From Succinivibrio sp. (lineage in GTDB: Bacteria; Actinomycetota; Coriobacteriia; Coriobacteriales; Eggerthellaceae), in the NCBI GenBank assembly GCA_963643405.1, contig CAVIKC010000001.1:63598-127597 (forward strand): a DNA stretch of 64,000 nucleotides, in the 5' to 3' direction. Both the position numbers and the translations under genes were made by a program. The notes under the pieces are model-generated. The model saw nothing but the letters and a program-made list of their open reading frames with translations. It searched no databases and had not been told where the DNA came from. This document shows positions 9,370-18,968 of this stretch, piece after piece (the stretch's first letter is position 1; each line of letters opens with the position of its first letter).

Positions 9370-10076
9370 GGCTAACAGCGCCTCGCTTCTTAGGAAGATT
9401 GTCTCGATGGTGCGGGAAATTCCAGTGGCTCCCATAGTAGCAGGACATGTCGACCACAAACCGGCGCCAGCGAATAGCAGGCAATGATTGTTCCCGATTT
9501 AGTTTTATGCACATTCTTATAGAGGGATCAACCCCCAAATTTACTGCAACATGTTCATTTCAAACGTGAATAGATATATAACAGATTCTATTATTCAGTG
9601 AATAGGTTCAGTAATTTCGAATAAATAGGGTTAACTTGTTCATTATTTCGAATCTCTACGCAGGACATTCATAAACAAGTCTGAATAGACCCTTTTTGCG
9701 CCCTACCGAAAACAATAACTGGTTCATGGTTGAAGGGAACATGTTATTGTGCCTTGAATGGTTCCATAGCGTGAACCTATTATTTCACCCGGAGATCTCG
9801 ATAGTTTTGCCCACACTTGTGGTTTAAATTCATTGACTTCGATTCGCACGAATCAAATAATAGCTATTGGTCATTTTGTGCGAGCCCATGTTCCCCAACA
9901 TCAAACAGGGCCGGCGCGAATTGTCCGTTCGGTAGCTCCCCCGCTCCGAAACGCACTCACCCCGAGTGCAAAGGCCTCCCCAAGCCAAATCACCGGTTGT
10001 CCGGTAACCCCTGTTTTGACTTCTGAGGCGCATTATCCCCCAGGGCGAAAGCCCTCGATGCGAAAGGAAGGTTTCA

Positions 10077-11492
10077 ATGGCTTCTGATGCTTTGAACTCT
10101 TCTTACCATGGCATCGCAGCTCGTTTGGACCGCCTGCCGATCTCTGGCTTCCACAAGAAGATCTTGTGGCTGCTCGCCGGCATCACGTTCTGCGACTCCG
10201 TTGACATGGCTGTTGGTGGCCCGATCGGCAACATCCTGCAGAACACCTACGACGCAGCTGGCAACCAGTGGATGACGCTGGAGCAGTTCGCGCTGTTCAA
10301 CTCCATCACCATGATCGGCTACCTTATCGGTGGCCTTATGGCAGGCGCCCTTTCCGACGGCATCGGCCGTAAGAAGGCAGTGCTCATCTGCGGCTCCATC
10401 TTCACCGCATTCTGCTTCGTGGCAGCCGGCTCGCCCGACGCCACGTTCCTCACCGCATGCCGCTTCTTCATGGGCCTCGGCCTGGGCGCTGCGTTCCCTG
10501 CAGGCTATTCCGCCCTTACCGAGTTCACGCCCCCGACGAAGCGCGGCAAGTACCAGTCCTACGTTGGCCTGATCGCCAACTGCGGCACCCTGGTCGCCTC
10601 CGCCATGAACATGGTTGTTCTGCCCCTGCTGGGTTGGCGTCCCGTGTTCATCATCTGCGGTGCTATCGGTGCCCTGGTGGTTGTTCTCTGCCTCTTCTTC
10701 CTCGATGAGTCTCCTCGTTGGCTGGCCATGAAGGGCCACAACTCCGAGGCCGATGCGATCGTGAACAAGTACGAGTCCATCGCCTCTTCCAAGCATGGTA
10801 CTCTGGCTGAGGTTTCCGATGACGAGATCAATGCTCGCGCTTCCGAGGAAAAGGTAGAGGATCTGCCTTGGAGCTTCCTGTTCAAGAAGAAGATGATCTT
10901 CCGTACACTAACCGCTATGTTCATCTGCTTTGCCATGAATGTATTCGTGTACACCGTCATCACTTGGACCCCCACCATCCTTACCAAGAACGGCTTCGAC
11001 CCGCACATGTCCACCACCCTTACCGTGGTCATGCAGCTGGGCATCCCCGTTGGTGTTGGCGCCCTGACGTTCTACGTTGAGAAGGTTGGCCGTAAGACCA
11101 TCCTCATCGTGACCTACCTGCTCATCGCGATCATCGGTCCTATCTGGGCATCCTTGCCTACCGAGAACACCGCGCTGATCATGCTCATCGGCTTCCTGCT
11201 CTGTGTTTGCACGTTCACCAACTCCGTTACCACCGCAGCTATCTACCTGTCCGAGCCCTTCCCCACCGCTTGCCGCATCCGTGGCGCCGGTGTTGCGAAC
11301 GCCTTCGGTCGTCTGGCAGGCATCCTGAGCCCGATGTGGATCTCCTTCCTGATCACCACCTCTCTGGGCACCATGGGCGTTTTCCTGATCAACGCCATCC
11401 TGGCAATCTTCATGGCTGTATGGCTGGGCATCTTCGGTGTTGAGACTCGCGGCCGTACGCTCGAGGACATCACCAAGGGTCTGCTCGACTAG
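10077..11492 (+). CDS. MFS transporter, sugar-porter-like
   Basis: 12-TM layout with GRKK loop motifs and the sugar-porter signature DESPRWL. Strongly C/T-ending codon choice suggests high expression. Confidence 0.9.
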   Translation: MASDALNSSYHGIAARLDRLPISGFHKKILWLLAGITFCDSVDMAVGGPIGNILQNTYDAAGNQWMTLEQFALFNSITMIGYLIGGLMAGALSDGIGRKKAVLICGSIFTAFCFVAAGSPDATFLTACRFFMGLGLGAAFPAGYSALTEFTPPTKRGKYQSYVGLIANCGTLVASAMNMVVLPLLGWRPVFIICGAIGALVVVLCLFFLDESPRWLAMKGHNSEADAIVNKYESIASSKHGTLAEVSDDEINARASEEKVEDLPWSFLFKKKMIFRTLTAMFICFAMNVFVYTVITWTPTILTKNGFDPHMSTTLTVVMQLGIPVGVGALTFYVEKVGRKTILIVTYLLIAIIGPIWASLPTENTALIMLIGFLLCVCTFTNSVTTAAIYLSEPFPTACRIRGAGVANAFGRLAGILSPMWISFLITTSLGTMGVFLINAILAIFMAVWLGIFGVETRGRTLEDITKGLLD

Positions 11493-11529
11493 CAGAACAG
11501 ACACATACCTGATTCACCCGAATCAAACC

Positions 11530-11561
11530 AAAAGAGGAGCTCTAGGGGGAGCTCCTCTTTT
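11530..11561. terminator. bidirectional rho-independent terminator between the MFS gene and ung
   Basis: AAAAGAGGAGCTC-taggg-GAGCTCCTCTTTT: a perfect stem with an A tract before and a T tract after. Confidence 0.65.
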
Positions 11562-11647
11562 CATGCCTCAAAACAGGATGCGATTCGACACGCTTTGTGC
11601 CAACGACGGCTATGTAAACGGATGTGGCTCTGGAGTGCCAACGGAAA

Positions 11648-12361
11648 TCAGCCGAGGCATGCCCAATCTATAGGCTGGCTTCCCCGCCGCTTAAGAAATT
11701 CGTTAGCTTCGGAAAATGGGCGGGAGCCGATAAAGGCCCGAAGCTGTCCGCTCCTGCGGTTCGCCGACAGGGGCGACGGATGGGTGGAATTCAGCGCAAG
11801 CTTATTTTCCAACGCAGCCTTGCCCGCATCGCGCTGGGCGGCCTCGATGACCTGGATGGCATTCTTGCCCCACCCCATGAACACGACGGGGCAATCTAGC
11901 TCGAAACAGCGCCTTACCAGATAGTTGGTAAGCACCTGCCAACCGAGCTTGCTATGCGAATTCGCAGCGTGTTCCTGAACGGTGAGGGTGGCATTAAGTA
12001 GCAGTACCCCTTGCTTTGCCCAGGGCGTGAGGTCCCCACTTTCGGGAACGGCGCAACCGATATCGGCAGCCAGCTCCTTATATATGTTGCGAAGACTCGG
12101 CGGAAGCTTCTGTCCTTCAGGAACAGAAAACGACAGGCCCATTGCCTGATTCGGCCCATGGTAGGGATCCTGACCCAGGATAACCACCTTGACGTCATGC
12201 GGATGAACAAGATTCAAGGCATTGAGGATAAGGCCCTGCGGAGGGTATATAACCTGCGATTCGCGCAGTTCACTCACGCGCTTCAAGAGGGAGCAAGTTA
12301 CATCCCGAACCTCTTCAGGGGCATCGTCTATCCACGCGCGGATGTTCGCCTCATCGCACAT
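11648..12361 (-). CDS. ung: uracil-DNA glycosylase
   Basis: Family 1 UDG motifs VVILGQDPYHGPNQAMGLSFSV and HPSPLSA. Confidence 0.93.
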   Translation of the reverse strand: MCDEANIRAWIDDAPEEVRDVTCSLLKRVSELRESQVIYPPQGLILNALNLVHPHDVKVVILGQDPYHGPNQAMGLSFSVPEGQKLPPSLRNIYKELAADIGCAVPESGDLTPWAKQGVLLLNATLTVQEHAANSHSKLGWQVLTNYLVRRCFELDCPVVFMGWGKNAIQVIEAAQRDAGKAALENKLALNSTHPSPLSANRRSGQLRAFIGSRPFSEANEFLKRRGSQPIDWACLG

Positions 12362-12369
12362 TGAAGAGC

Positions 12370-12903
12370 CTAATCCACTTGCACAAGCGAGAATACTTCA
12401 GCATCGGTTGCCTGAGCGATGGCCTTGCGCGGCTCCAGGAACGCAAGCTCCAGAATGAAGCCGAAGCCTTCAACCTTAGCGCCGGCTTGCTCAATGAGCT
12501 CAACCTGTGCAACAGCAGTGCCGCCGGTAGCAACCAGATCGTCCACGAGCAGCACAACATCGTTCTTGTCTATGGCATCAAGGTGGATCTGCAACTCATC
12601 GGTGCCGTATTCCAACTCGTACGTTGCCGAGCGAACCTCACGCGGGAGCTTGCCGGGCTTTCGCGCAGGCACAAAGCCAGCGCCCAGTCGATACGCAACC
12701 GGAGCACCGATGATAAAGCCGCGAGCTTCAGCGCCAACGACCTTGGTGATACCCCTTCCGGCAAAATGATCTACCAACGAATCGACAGCCCGAGCCAGGC
12801 CCTGAGGATCTTTCAGCAAGGTGGTTATGTCCTTGAACACAACGCCGGGCTGCGGGTAATCAGGGATATCCGTGATAAGACTGGCTAGGCTAACATCCGA
12901 CAT
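12370..12903 (-). CDS. apt: adenine phosphoribosyltransferase
   Basis: PRPP-binding motif VLLVDDLVATGGT and an APRT-like N-terminus (ITDIPDYPQPGVVFKDIT). I use the start at ATG 12903. Confidence 0.92.
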   Translation of the reverse strand: MSDVSLASLITDIPDYPQPGVVFKDITTLLKDPQGLARAVDSLVDHFAGRGITKVVGAEARGFIIGAPVAYRLGAGFVPARKPGKLPREVRSATYELEYGTDELQIHLDAIDKNDVVLLVDDLVATGGTAVAQVELIEQAGAKVEGFGFILELAFLEPRKAIAQATDAEVFSLVQVD

Positions 12904-13002
12904 AGCAGACCTCTCTCGTAGATTGCGCAACGCTCGTTATTGTAGCGCCGCAATGGCGCAAATTCGTGGTAATCCGCCAATAGAAGCCCCCATTTGCAAC
13001 GC

Positions 13003-14010
13003 TCAACGCAGCGAAACAAGAGGGTATGAATTCGGGAGCTCGCCTTTGCTAACCAGGTACTTCAGATACGCCATGGTTTGCGTTACCAGCGAACGCCTGC
13101 CGAATATCGGCCGGTCTTCCCATGGCGTCCGGCGATCAGCCTTTGTGGAAAGGTAGGCCAATTCCCCCGGATCGGTGCAGCCTGATTCGCAGACGGATCT
13201 AAACGACTTCACCTGGCGATGATAATGGTCGGAGATCTTCGCACATCGGGCCGAAAGCGACTGCCCTTCTTCGCCGTGGCCGGTAAGGATCAACGATGCG
13301 GAAAGCTTGCCCAAACGGTTGTTCGTGCCAAGCAGGATTGCCAGCTGATCGTCGTCGCCTTCCACCATCACGGGCGGATACCCGTTGAACAGCACTTGAT
13401 CCCCGCCTACGAAAACGCCGGCATCCTTATCGAACAGGCAGAGATGATGCATGTCGTGGCCAGGTGTTTCCAACGTACGAAGGGAATATCCCCCAACCTC
13501 AACCACATCCCCTTCGCGAAGCTGGGTAAGCTGGCCGGCAAAGCAACCCGTAAGTGTCATAGGCTCCCAGTATGCCGGGTCGTAAACGTCATCGAGCCCG
13601 TGAGCCGCGCTGACCCTGCGCTCGATAGAGCCTATCTCCGAGGCGGCCATAACCGGCGTGCCGCGATCGGCGAACCTAGCGAGCCCACCGAACACACGCA
13701 TCCCCGGGCGCCAGATACGCGAAAGACCGGCACAGTGGTCCCAATGGAAGTGCGTGATGAACACATCTACCGTATCCCAGGGAATGCCCAGCTTTCGCAA
13801 TGCTGAATCGAACGCAGAAAACGTTTCTGGCTCATCGCATCCGCAATCGACGATAAGGGAACGGCCGCTATCGTTTACGCCATCAGCCTTGAACACATAC
13901 GAGTTGGTTGGGCCTATGGCTTGGGGCATGGGAAGATCAAGCCGGTACAAGCCGCGCGACAACTCCTCGATGCGCGGCCTTTCCGAATATACGATAGGCA
14001 TACGAGCCAT
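13003..14010 (-). CDS. MBL-fold metallo-hydrolase
   Basis: HxHxDH motif (THFHWDHCAG) and downstream His/Asp ligands (TPGHD, LTGHG). I use the start at ATG 14010 (MARMPIVY). Confidence 0.8.
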   Translation of the reverse strand: MARMPIVYSERPRIEELSRGLYRLDLPMPQAIGPTNSYVFKADGVNDSGRSLIVDCGCDEPETFSAFDSALRKLGIPWDTVDVFITHFHWDHCAGLSRIWRPGMRVFGGLARFADRGTPVMAASEIGSIERRVSAAHGLDDVYDPAYWEPMTLTGCFAGQLTQLREGDVVEVGGYSLRTLETPGHDMHHLCLFDKDAGVFVGGDQVLFNGYPPVMVEGDDDQLAILLGTNNRLGKLSASLILTGHGEEGQSLSARCAKISDHYHRQVKSFRSVCESGCTDPGELAYLSTKADRRTPWEDRPIFGRRSLVTQTMAYLKYLVSKGELPNSYPLVSLR

Positions 14011-14201
14011 AGAGCACCCCTCCCCTGCAGATTTCCAATAGGCTGACACCAGTGCGGGCATTCACCAAGCGGCATCGACGCCAAACTCACGTCAAAAGCC
14101 AACGGTCTGACGCAACGCCGAAGCACAGCTCACATCAAAATAGCAAGTCCTCTGTCGCACCGCCCCGATACGCCCAAAGGCAGCCACAAGCAACCCTTCA
14201 G

Positions 14202-15641
14202 CTAAGCGGTTTTCCTTAAGAATACGCTCTTCTCTTCAAGGGTGGGTATCTCGTCACTGCATTCCTCTTCGATGTTGCCGTCGTAGACGTAATGCTGCGT
14301 TTCCTTGGCGACCATACCCGTCATAACCAAAACCATGATGATGTTGGGGATAGACATAAGGGCGTTGGCGATGTCGGTAGCCGTCCAGGCAATATCGCCC
14401 ACGCCGATGCCGCCCAAGAAGCCCATGCAGATGTACAGGCCTAGGTACAGCGGCACCCAACGGCGGCCGAACAGGTACAGCGTCACGCGCTCGCCGTAGT
14501 AGCTCCAGCCCAGGATGGTGGAGTAAGCGAAGCAGATGATGCCCAGCATAAGAACCGGTGTGCCAATATGCGGAATAGTAGCGAACACCGCATTGGTAAG
14601 GGTAGCACCGTCGGTGACCCCCGTATCGGCAATAAGCGTAGGATGAGCGCACAGAGTGCTTACGATTACCAGGCCGCTGACCAGGCAGATAACCACCGTG
14701 CACCAAAACGGACCGGTCATGGCAACCAAGGCCTGGCGAGCCGGGTTCTTCGATGCCGCAGCAGAGGAAACCAAGGGGGCGGTGCCCAAGCCGGCCTCGT
14801 TGGAGAACAGGCCTCGAGCGCAGCCGAACTGCAGCGCCACCATGATGCCGGAGCCAACTGCCCCGCCGAAGGCAGCGCGAGGGGTGAACGCGCATTCGAA
14901 GATAAGCTGCAGCGCTTCAACAAGGTAGCCCGAATTGCATATCAAAATATAGAGGCACCCCAGGATATAGGCGCCGCCCATGAAAGGCACCAGCTTCTCG
15001 CAGATGCTGGAAACCTTCTGAAGGCCGCCTACGATGATAAGCAGTGCTGTGCCGCACACGAAAGCGGCAACGATCCACGGCTCGATGCCGAAATTCGCCT
15101 GGACAACACTGGTGATAGCGCTGGTCTGAACAGCGCAACCGATACCGAAGATGGTGAAGCACGCCATAACCGAAAACCATATGGCCGCCAGCTTTGCCCA
15201 CCAAGGCACTGTGCCGTCTTCCCGCTTGAAGCGCTGCTCCCAAACGTGCATGGCGCCGCCCATCATCTGGCCGCGCCAATCCTTTACGCGGAACTTCATT
15301 GCCGCGAACACTTCCGTGTACTTCGTTGCCATGCCCAGGATGCCGGTAAGCCACATCCACAGCACGGCACCGGGACCGCCGGAAAGCACCGCAGTGGCCA
15401 CACCGACGATAGAGCCGGTGCCAAGCGTCGAGGCAAGCGAGGTTGCCATAGCTCCGAAGTTGCTGATATCGCCTTCTGCACCATCGTCTTTGGTCACCGA
15501 AAGCTTAAGCGCCAAGGGGAGTTTCCGCTGGATACCCTTGGTGCGGATGGTGGTGTAGATGTGGCATCCCAGAAGAAGGATGATCATCGGTGGACCCCAA
15601 ACTGCAGCGTCCACCGTATTGAGTAGTTCCGTGATATCCAT
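14202..15641 (-). CDS. alanine/glycine:cation symporter (AGCS family)
   Basis: Typical AGCS N-terminus (LNTVDAAVWGPPMIILLLGCHIYTTIRTKGIQ), multi-pass membrane protein. I use the start at ATG 15641. Confidence 0.9.
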   Translation of the reverse strand: MDITELLNTVDAAVWGPPMIILLLGCHIYTTIRTKGIQRKLPLALKLSVTKDDGAEGDISNFGAMATSLASTLGTGSIVGVATAVLSGGPGAVLWMWLTGILGMATKYTEVFAAMKFRVKDWRGQMMGGAMHVWEQRFKREDGTVPWWAKLAAIWFSVMACFTIFGIGCAVQTSAITSVVQANFGIEPWIVAAFVCGTALLIIVGGLQKVSSICEKLVPFMGGAYILGCLYILICNSGYLVEALQLIFECAFTPRAAFGGAVGSGIMVALQFGCARGLFSNEAGLGTAPLVSSAAASKNPARQALVAMTGPFWCTVVICLVSGLVIVSTLCAHPTLIADTGVTDGATLTNAVFATIPHIGTPVLMLGIICFAYSTILGWSYYGERVTLYLFGRRWVPLYLGLYICMGFLGGIGVGDIAWTATDIANALMSIPNIIMVLVMTGMVAKETQHYVYDGNIEEECSDEIPTLEEKSVFLRKTA

Positions 15642-15767
15642 TTCGTACCTGTTTCGTATCAAAGGGAAAGAGCTAAATGGGTATTTTAGTCTTACTTAAT
15701 AATTATTTAAGCAATCATTCACAAAAGACCATTACCCTCAAGGCGAACGGTACAGGTGCTCCCCAGA

Positions 15768-16625
15768 TCAATGGAAATAGTTGCTGAAATGGTCACATAG
15801 AAAACGATAAAACCCTGTGGCCAGCTCGTTTTGTCGGGAATGACGAGCCAGCCATACATACACCTCGCGACGTTGCTCAATGTCGAGCGGCAACAAGGAC
15901 ACACCCTGCCCGACTTCCGAGCCCCAGCTATGCTCGGGCCAAAAACCCACGCCCAAGCCGAGGCCGATCATCTTGCGCACAACGCTCGGGTTGTCGCTCT
16001 CGAAGGTGACGTGCGGTTCGAAGCCCGTTGCGGCACAGAGCTCATGGGTAAACCGGCTGAATCCCGAAGAGGACGAAAGAGAGATGAAATCAAGGGCTTG
16101 AAGCTCGTCCAACGGCACAGGAACGCGTGAGAAACCCTTGGACAACGGGCAGGCGATCATCACACGTTCCGAATAGCACTGCTTCTGTGCGAAGATTTCA
16201 GGAGGAGTGGAATCAACAACCACATCCGCTTTGTCGCCTTCAGTTTGAACGGACTGCGTAAGGACAACTCCATGCTCAGGCTCGCGCACCAACCACTCCG
16301 CAATAGCATTTGCCGCTATGTGGGAAGCTGCGCCAAGGTGAACACGAACCTGAGACGACTGCATGGCGCCGGCCGAGGAAACCTCGGAGCACACTTCCTG
16401 CAACTCCAAGAACAGAGGCCGCAGACGCCGCTGGAACAACCTTCCTTCCCCTGTGAGTCTAAGCCCCCTGCCTTCTCTACGGAAAAGCTCGACTCCCAAT
16501 TCCTGCTCCAAGCGGGAAATAGAGCGGCTCAGAGCCGGTTGGGCAATGTGAAGCCTGCGCGCGCTGCGCGTCATGTGCTCCGATTCCGCCACCTCGAGGA
16601 AATATTTCATCTGCTCGGTATCCAT
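15768..16625 (-). CDS. LysR family transcriptional regulator
   Basis: N-terminal wHTH (MKYFLEVAESEHMTRSARRLHIAQPALSRSISRLEQELG) plus a substrate-binding domain; 285 aa. Confidence 0.9.
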   Translation of the reverse strand: MDTEQMKYFLEVAESEHMTRSARRLHIAQPALSRSISRLEQELGVELFRREGRGLRLTGEGRLFQRRLRPLFLELQEVCSEVSSAGAMQSSQVRVHLGAASHIAANAIAEWLVREPEHGVVLTQSVQTEGDKADVVVDSTPPEIFAQKQCYSERVMIACPLSKGFSRVPVPLDELQALDFISLSSSSGFSRFTHELCAATGFEPHVTFESDNPSVVRKMIGLGLGVGFWPEHSWGSEVGQGVSLLPLDIEQRREVYVWLARHSRQNELATGFYRFLCDHFSNYFH

Positions 16626-16651
16626 TGAGTAAATAATAATCGATTTGCATC

Positions 16652-16682
16652 ATTCAATGACTGATTGATATTTGAATTGAAT
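16652..16682. promoter_or_regulatory. candidate LysR-type operator in the divergent promoter region
   Basis: Inverted repeat ATTCAAT-N17-ATTGAAT between the LysR gene and the PQ-loop/USP gene. Confidence 0.3.
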
Positions 16683-16742
16683 CTGTTCAGGGCTTAGGGT
16701 GTGCACCCGAAATAATGTTAAAGACGAAGGAGCCACCCCACG

Positions 16743-17435
16743 ATGATCGCGCAAGTGCTGGAGGCAGCGATGCTCATCTGTTTCGGCCTGTCATGGCCCA
16801 TCAACGCCTACAAGAATTACCGGGCAGGTACTGCGGCAGGCACCAGCTGGCAGTTCATCCTGCTCATCACCGCCGGATATGTGGCAGGCATCATCGCGAA
16901 ATTCTCTGCCGAAGCAGTCAACTGGGTGCTTGCGGTGTACTTCCTGAACCTGTTCTGCCTTGCCATCAACTGGGGAGTGTACTTCCGTAATCGCAAATTA
17001 GACAAGGCAAGGCTTGCTGCCGCCAGCACCGAGAAAGAACTGCCCACCTCAGTTGGAAGGCTGCTCATAGCCACTGACGGATCTAAGGCATCACTCGATG
17101 CCATCGGTTTCGCAGCCCATGCCATAGACCTCAAGAAGGTGAAATCGATCGAGCTTGTTTCCGTTGCAGAAACTACCTCTCCTGCCAGCACGGAAATGGC
17201 GGAGCAAGCCAACGACCGCGCAGCCGAGCTGCTGGCGAGCTACGGAGCGGAATGCAACCGGAAGGTATGCATTGGCGAAGCGGCGGCCGTTATCGTGGGC
17301 GAAGCAGCAAAGCATAACTCCAACCTGGTAGTAATGGGGTCTCGAGGGCTCAGCGGATTTAAGGGCATGTTGCTCGGCAGTGTGAGCAAGGCGGTTACGG
17401 ATAACGTCTCCTGTCCCGTCTTGGTGGTGAAATAA
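16743..17435 (+). CDS. fusion protein: SemiSWEET/PQ-loop-like 3-TM module + universal stress protein (UspA) domain
   Basis: About 85 N-terminal aa with three hydrophobic helices (LICFGLSWPINAYKNYRAG; FILLITAGYVAGII; VLAVYFLNLFCLAINWGVYF). They are followed by USP blocks LLIATDGS and VVMGSRGLSGFKGMLLGSVS. GAAGGAG lies upstream. Confidence 0.75.
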   Translation: MIAQVLEAAMLICFGLSWPINAYKNYRAGTAAGTSWQFILLITAGYVAGIIAKFSAEAVNWVLAVYFLNLFCLAINWGVYFRNRKLDKARLAAASTEKELPTSVGRLLIATDGSKASLDAIGFAAHAIDLKKVKSIELVSVAETTSPASTEMAEQANDRAAELLASYGAECNRKVCIGEAAAVIVGEAAKHNSNLVVMGSRGLSGFKGMLLGSVSKAVTDNVSCPVLVVK

Positions 17436-17615
17436 ACCCAAACACTTGTGCGAAACGACCGTCTTGCCCTTCCACACTCCAAAAATCCGAAGCGGCATCC
17501 AGCATTGCCTAAGTGCCGCTTCGTGCATTTCTTGCGGTTTAGTGAAACGATTTCACAACGAGGCGGCACAGGCAAACGCAATCAGGCTAACCTTTCAATC
17601 CAGAAAGGCGGTAGG

Positions 17616-18914
17616 ATGCAGCTCAAAAACAAGACACACATTTCTCCACTGGCAAAAGGAACGATGCTGCCATCGAAGGTGAACTATCTTGCCGACGACT
17701 ACGAGAAAAAGCCTACCAGCTGGCGCATCCGCATTATCTGGCTGCTTGCCCTGTTGCTTATCGGATTGGGGGTCGCCCTGTTCCGTTCCGGGGCTATGGC
17801 CGCAGGAATAACCGTGATCGCAGCAACTTTGGCAGCAATCCTCATAGTCTTCATTGCCGGGCATTTTCTGCTTGTAAATACGCTGGGACACAAGGATTTG
17901 CCGCAATCGCAGGACAACCCTGGCGGTTGGCTGTCCTCCGACACCGCAATGCAGTCTATAGCCCCGAACCTCAGCGATGAGGAATTGGCAACGATCAGCT
18001 CGAACCGCGCAGATGAGGCAAGTGCGGTTCACGCCTGGCTGGAAACCTGCACGGTAGCGCGACGGATTCAGGTTCGCTCAGACGACAATACGTTGCTTTC
18101 GGGAAGGATGTATCCGGCAAGCCGGCGCCAGCGCCCCTGGGTGGTCTTTTTCCATGGATTCGGAGGAAGCTGGCGAGACAATTTGGGACATGCCCGCGCC
18201 TATGCCGAGCTCGACTTCAACATAATGCTTGTTGATATGAGGGGCCACAACGAAAGCGATGGAAACTGGACGGGATTGGGCTGGATCGACCGACGGGATG
18301 TTGTAGCTTGGTGCAGCTGGATCGTTGCGCGAACCGGACAGAATACCCAAATAGTACTTCACGGACAGGGATACGGCGCTTCATCCATACTCATGGCAAC
18401 GCAAGAGCGAGACCTTCCCCGCCAGGTTTGCGGCTGTATCTGCGATACGGCTTTCACCGATGCATGGAACAAGATCTATGGGCTGCTCGGAGAAGGCATA
18501 GGTCGGCCTCACCCTAAACTCGACCTGATTCGATACGCCTTGTGTAAAGAGCCGAACGGATACGATCTAGCCGAGGCAAAGCCTCTTTCAAAGGTTTACG
18601 GCTCAAACATTCCCCTCCTCATCATCCACGGCGAGGAAGATATTCTCACCGCACCTTATATGGGAGCTTTCCTAGCAATGGCAGCAGGCTGCGATCATGA
18701 ACCTATTATCGAGCGCTTCGCAGGAAGGGCATGTGGCGAACAGGCATCCGGCGCCCTCATATGCAAGAGCGCGGCAGGAAGCGAGTTCCTGCTTATCCCC
18801 CATGCAGGGCATTGCCAATCATGCTTCGCCGATCCAGCCACCTACTACGGCGAAGTGTTCGGCTTTGTCGCACTGCATGTGGACCTCACGCTGAATGAGG
18901 ATGCAGAGGAATAG
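17616..18914 (+). CDS. membrane-anchored alpha/beta hydrolase-fold protein (nucleophile serine apparently absent)
   Basis: N-terminal TM segments, then FFHGFGGS, the elbow LHGQGYGAS, IIHGEEDIL and HAGH. I use the start at ATG 17616. Confidence 0.8.
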   Translation: MQLKNKTHISPLAKGTMLPSKVNYLADDYEKKPTSWRIRIIWLLALLLIGLGVALFRSGAMAAGITVIAATLAAILIVFIAGHFLLVNTLGHKDLPQSQDNPGGWLSSDTAMQSIAPNLSDEELATISSNRADEASAVHAWLETCTVARRIQVRSDDNTLLSGRMYPASRRQRPWVVFFHGFGGSWRDNLGHARAYAELDFNIMLVDMRGHNESDGNWTGLGWIDRRDVVAWCSWIVARTGQNTQIVLHGQGYGASSILMATQERDLPRQVCGCICDTAFTDAWNKIYGLLGEGIGRPHPKLDLIRYALCKEPNGYDLAEAKPLSKVYGSNIPLLIIHGEEDILTAPYMGAFLAMAAGCDHEPIIERFAGRACGEQASGALICKSAAGSEFLLIPHAGHCQSCFADPATYYGEVFGFVALHVDLTLNEDAEE

Positions 18915-18968
18915 GATCAGCTGCGATACCGAGGTTTTTAAACCAGCGTAGGGGTTTAAACCTTGCCC

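Noticed and set aside
15642-15767. Glycine riboswitch upstream of the alanine/glycine:cation symporter
   Set aside because: There are no ACCGAAGG/GGAGAG-type conserved glycine-aptamer blocks. The region is short and AT-rich, and looks like a plain promoter.
18915-18968. Two copies of the self-complementary GGTTT(TT)AAACC element between the hydrolase gene and the small membrane ORF
   Set aside because: This is most simply an AT-rich bidirectional terminator hairpin between convergent genes. It is too short and isolated to call a repeat family.
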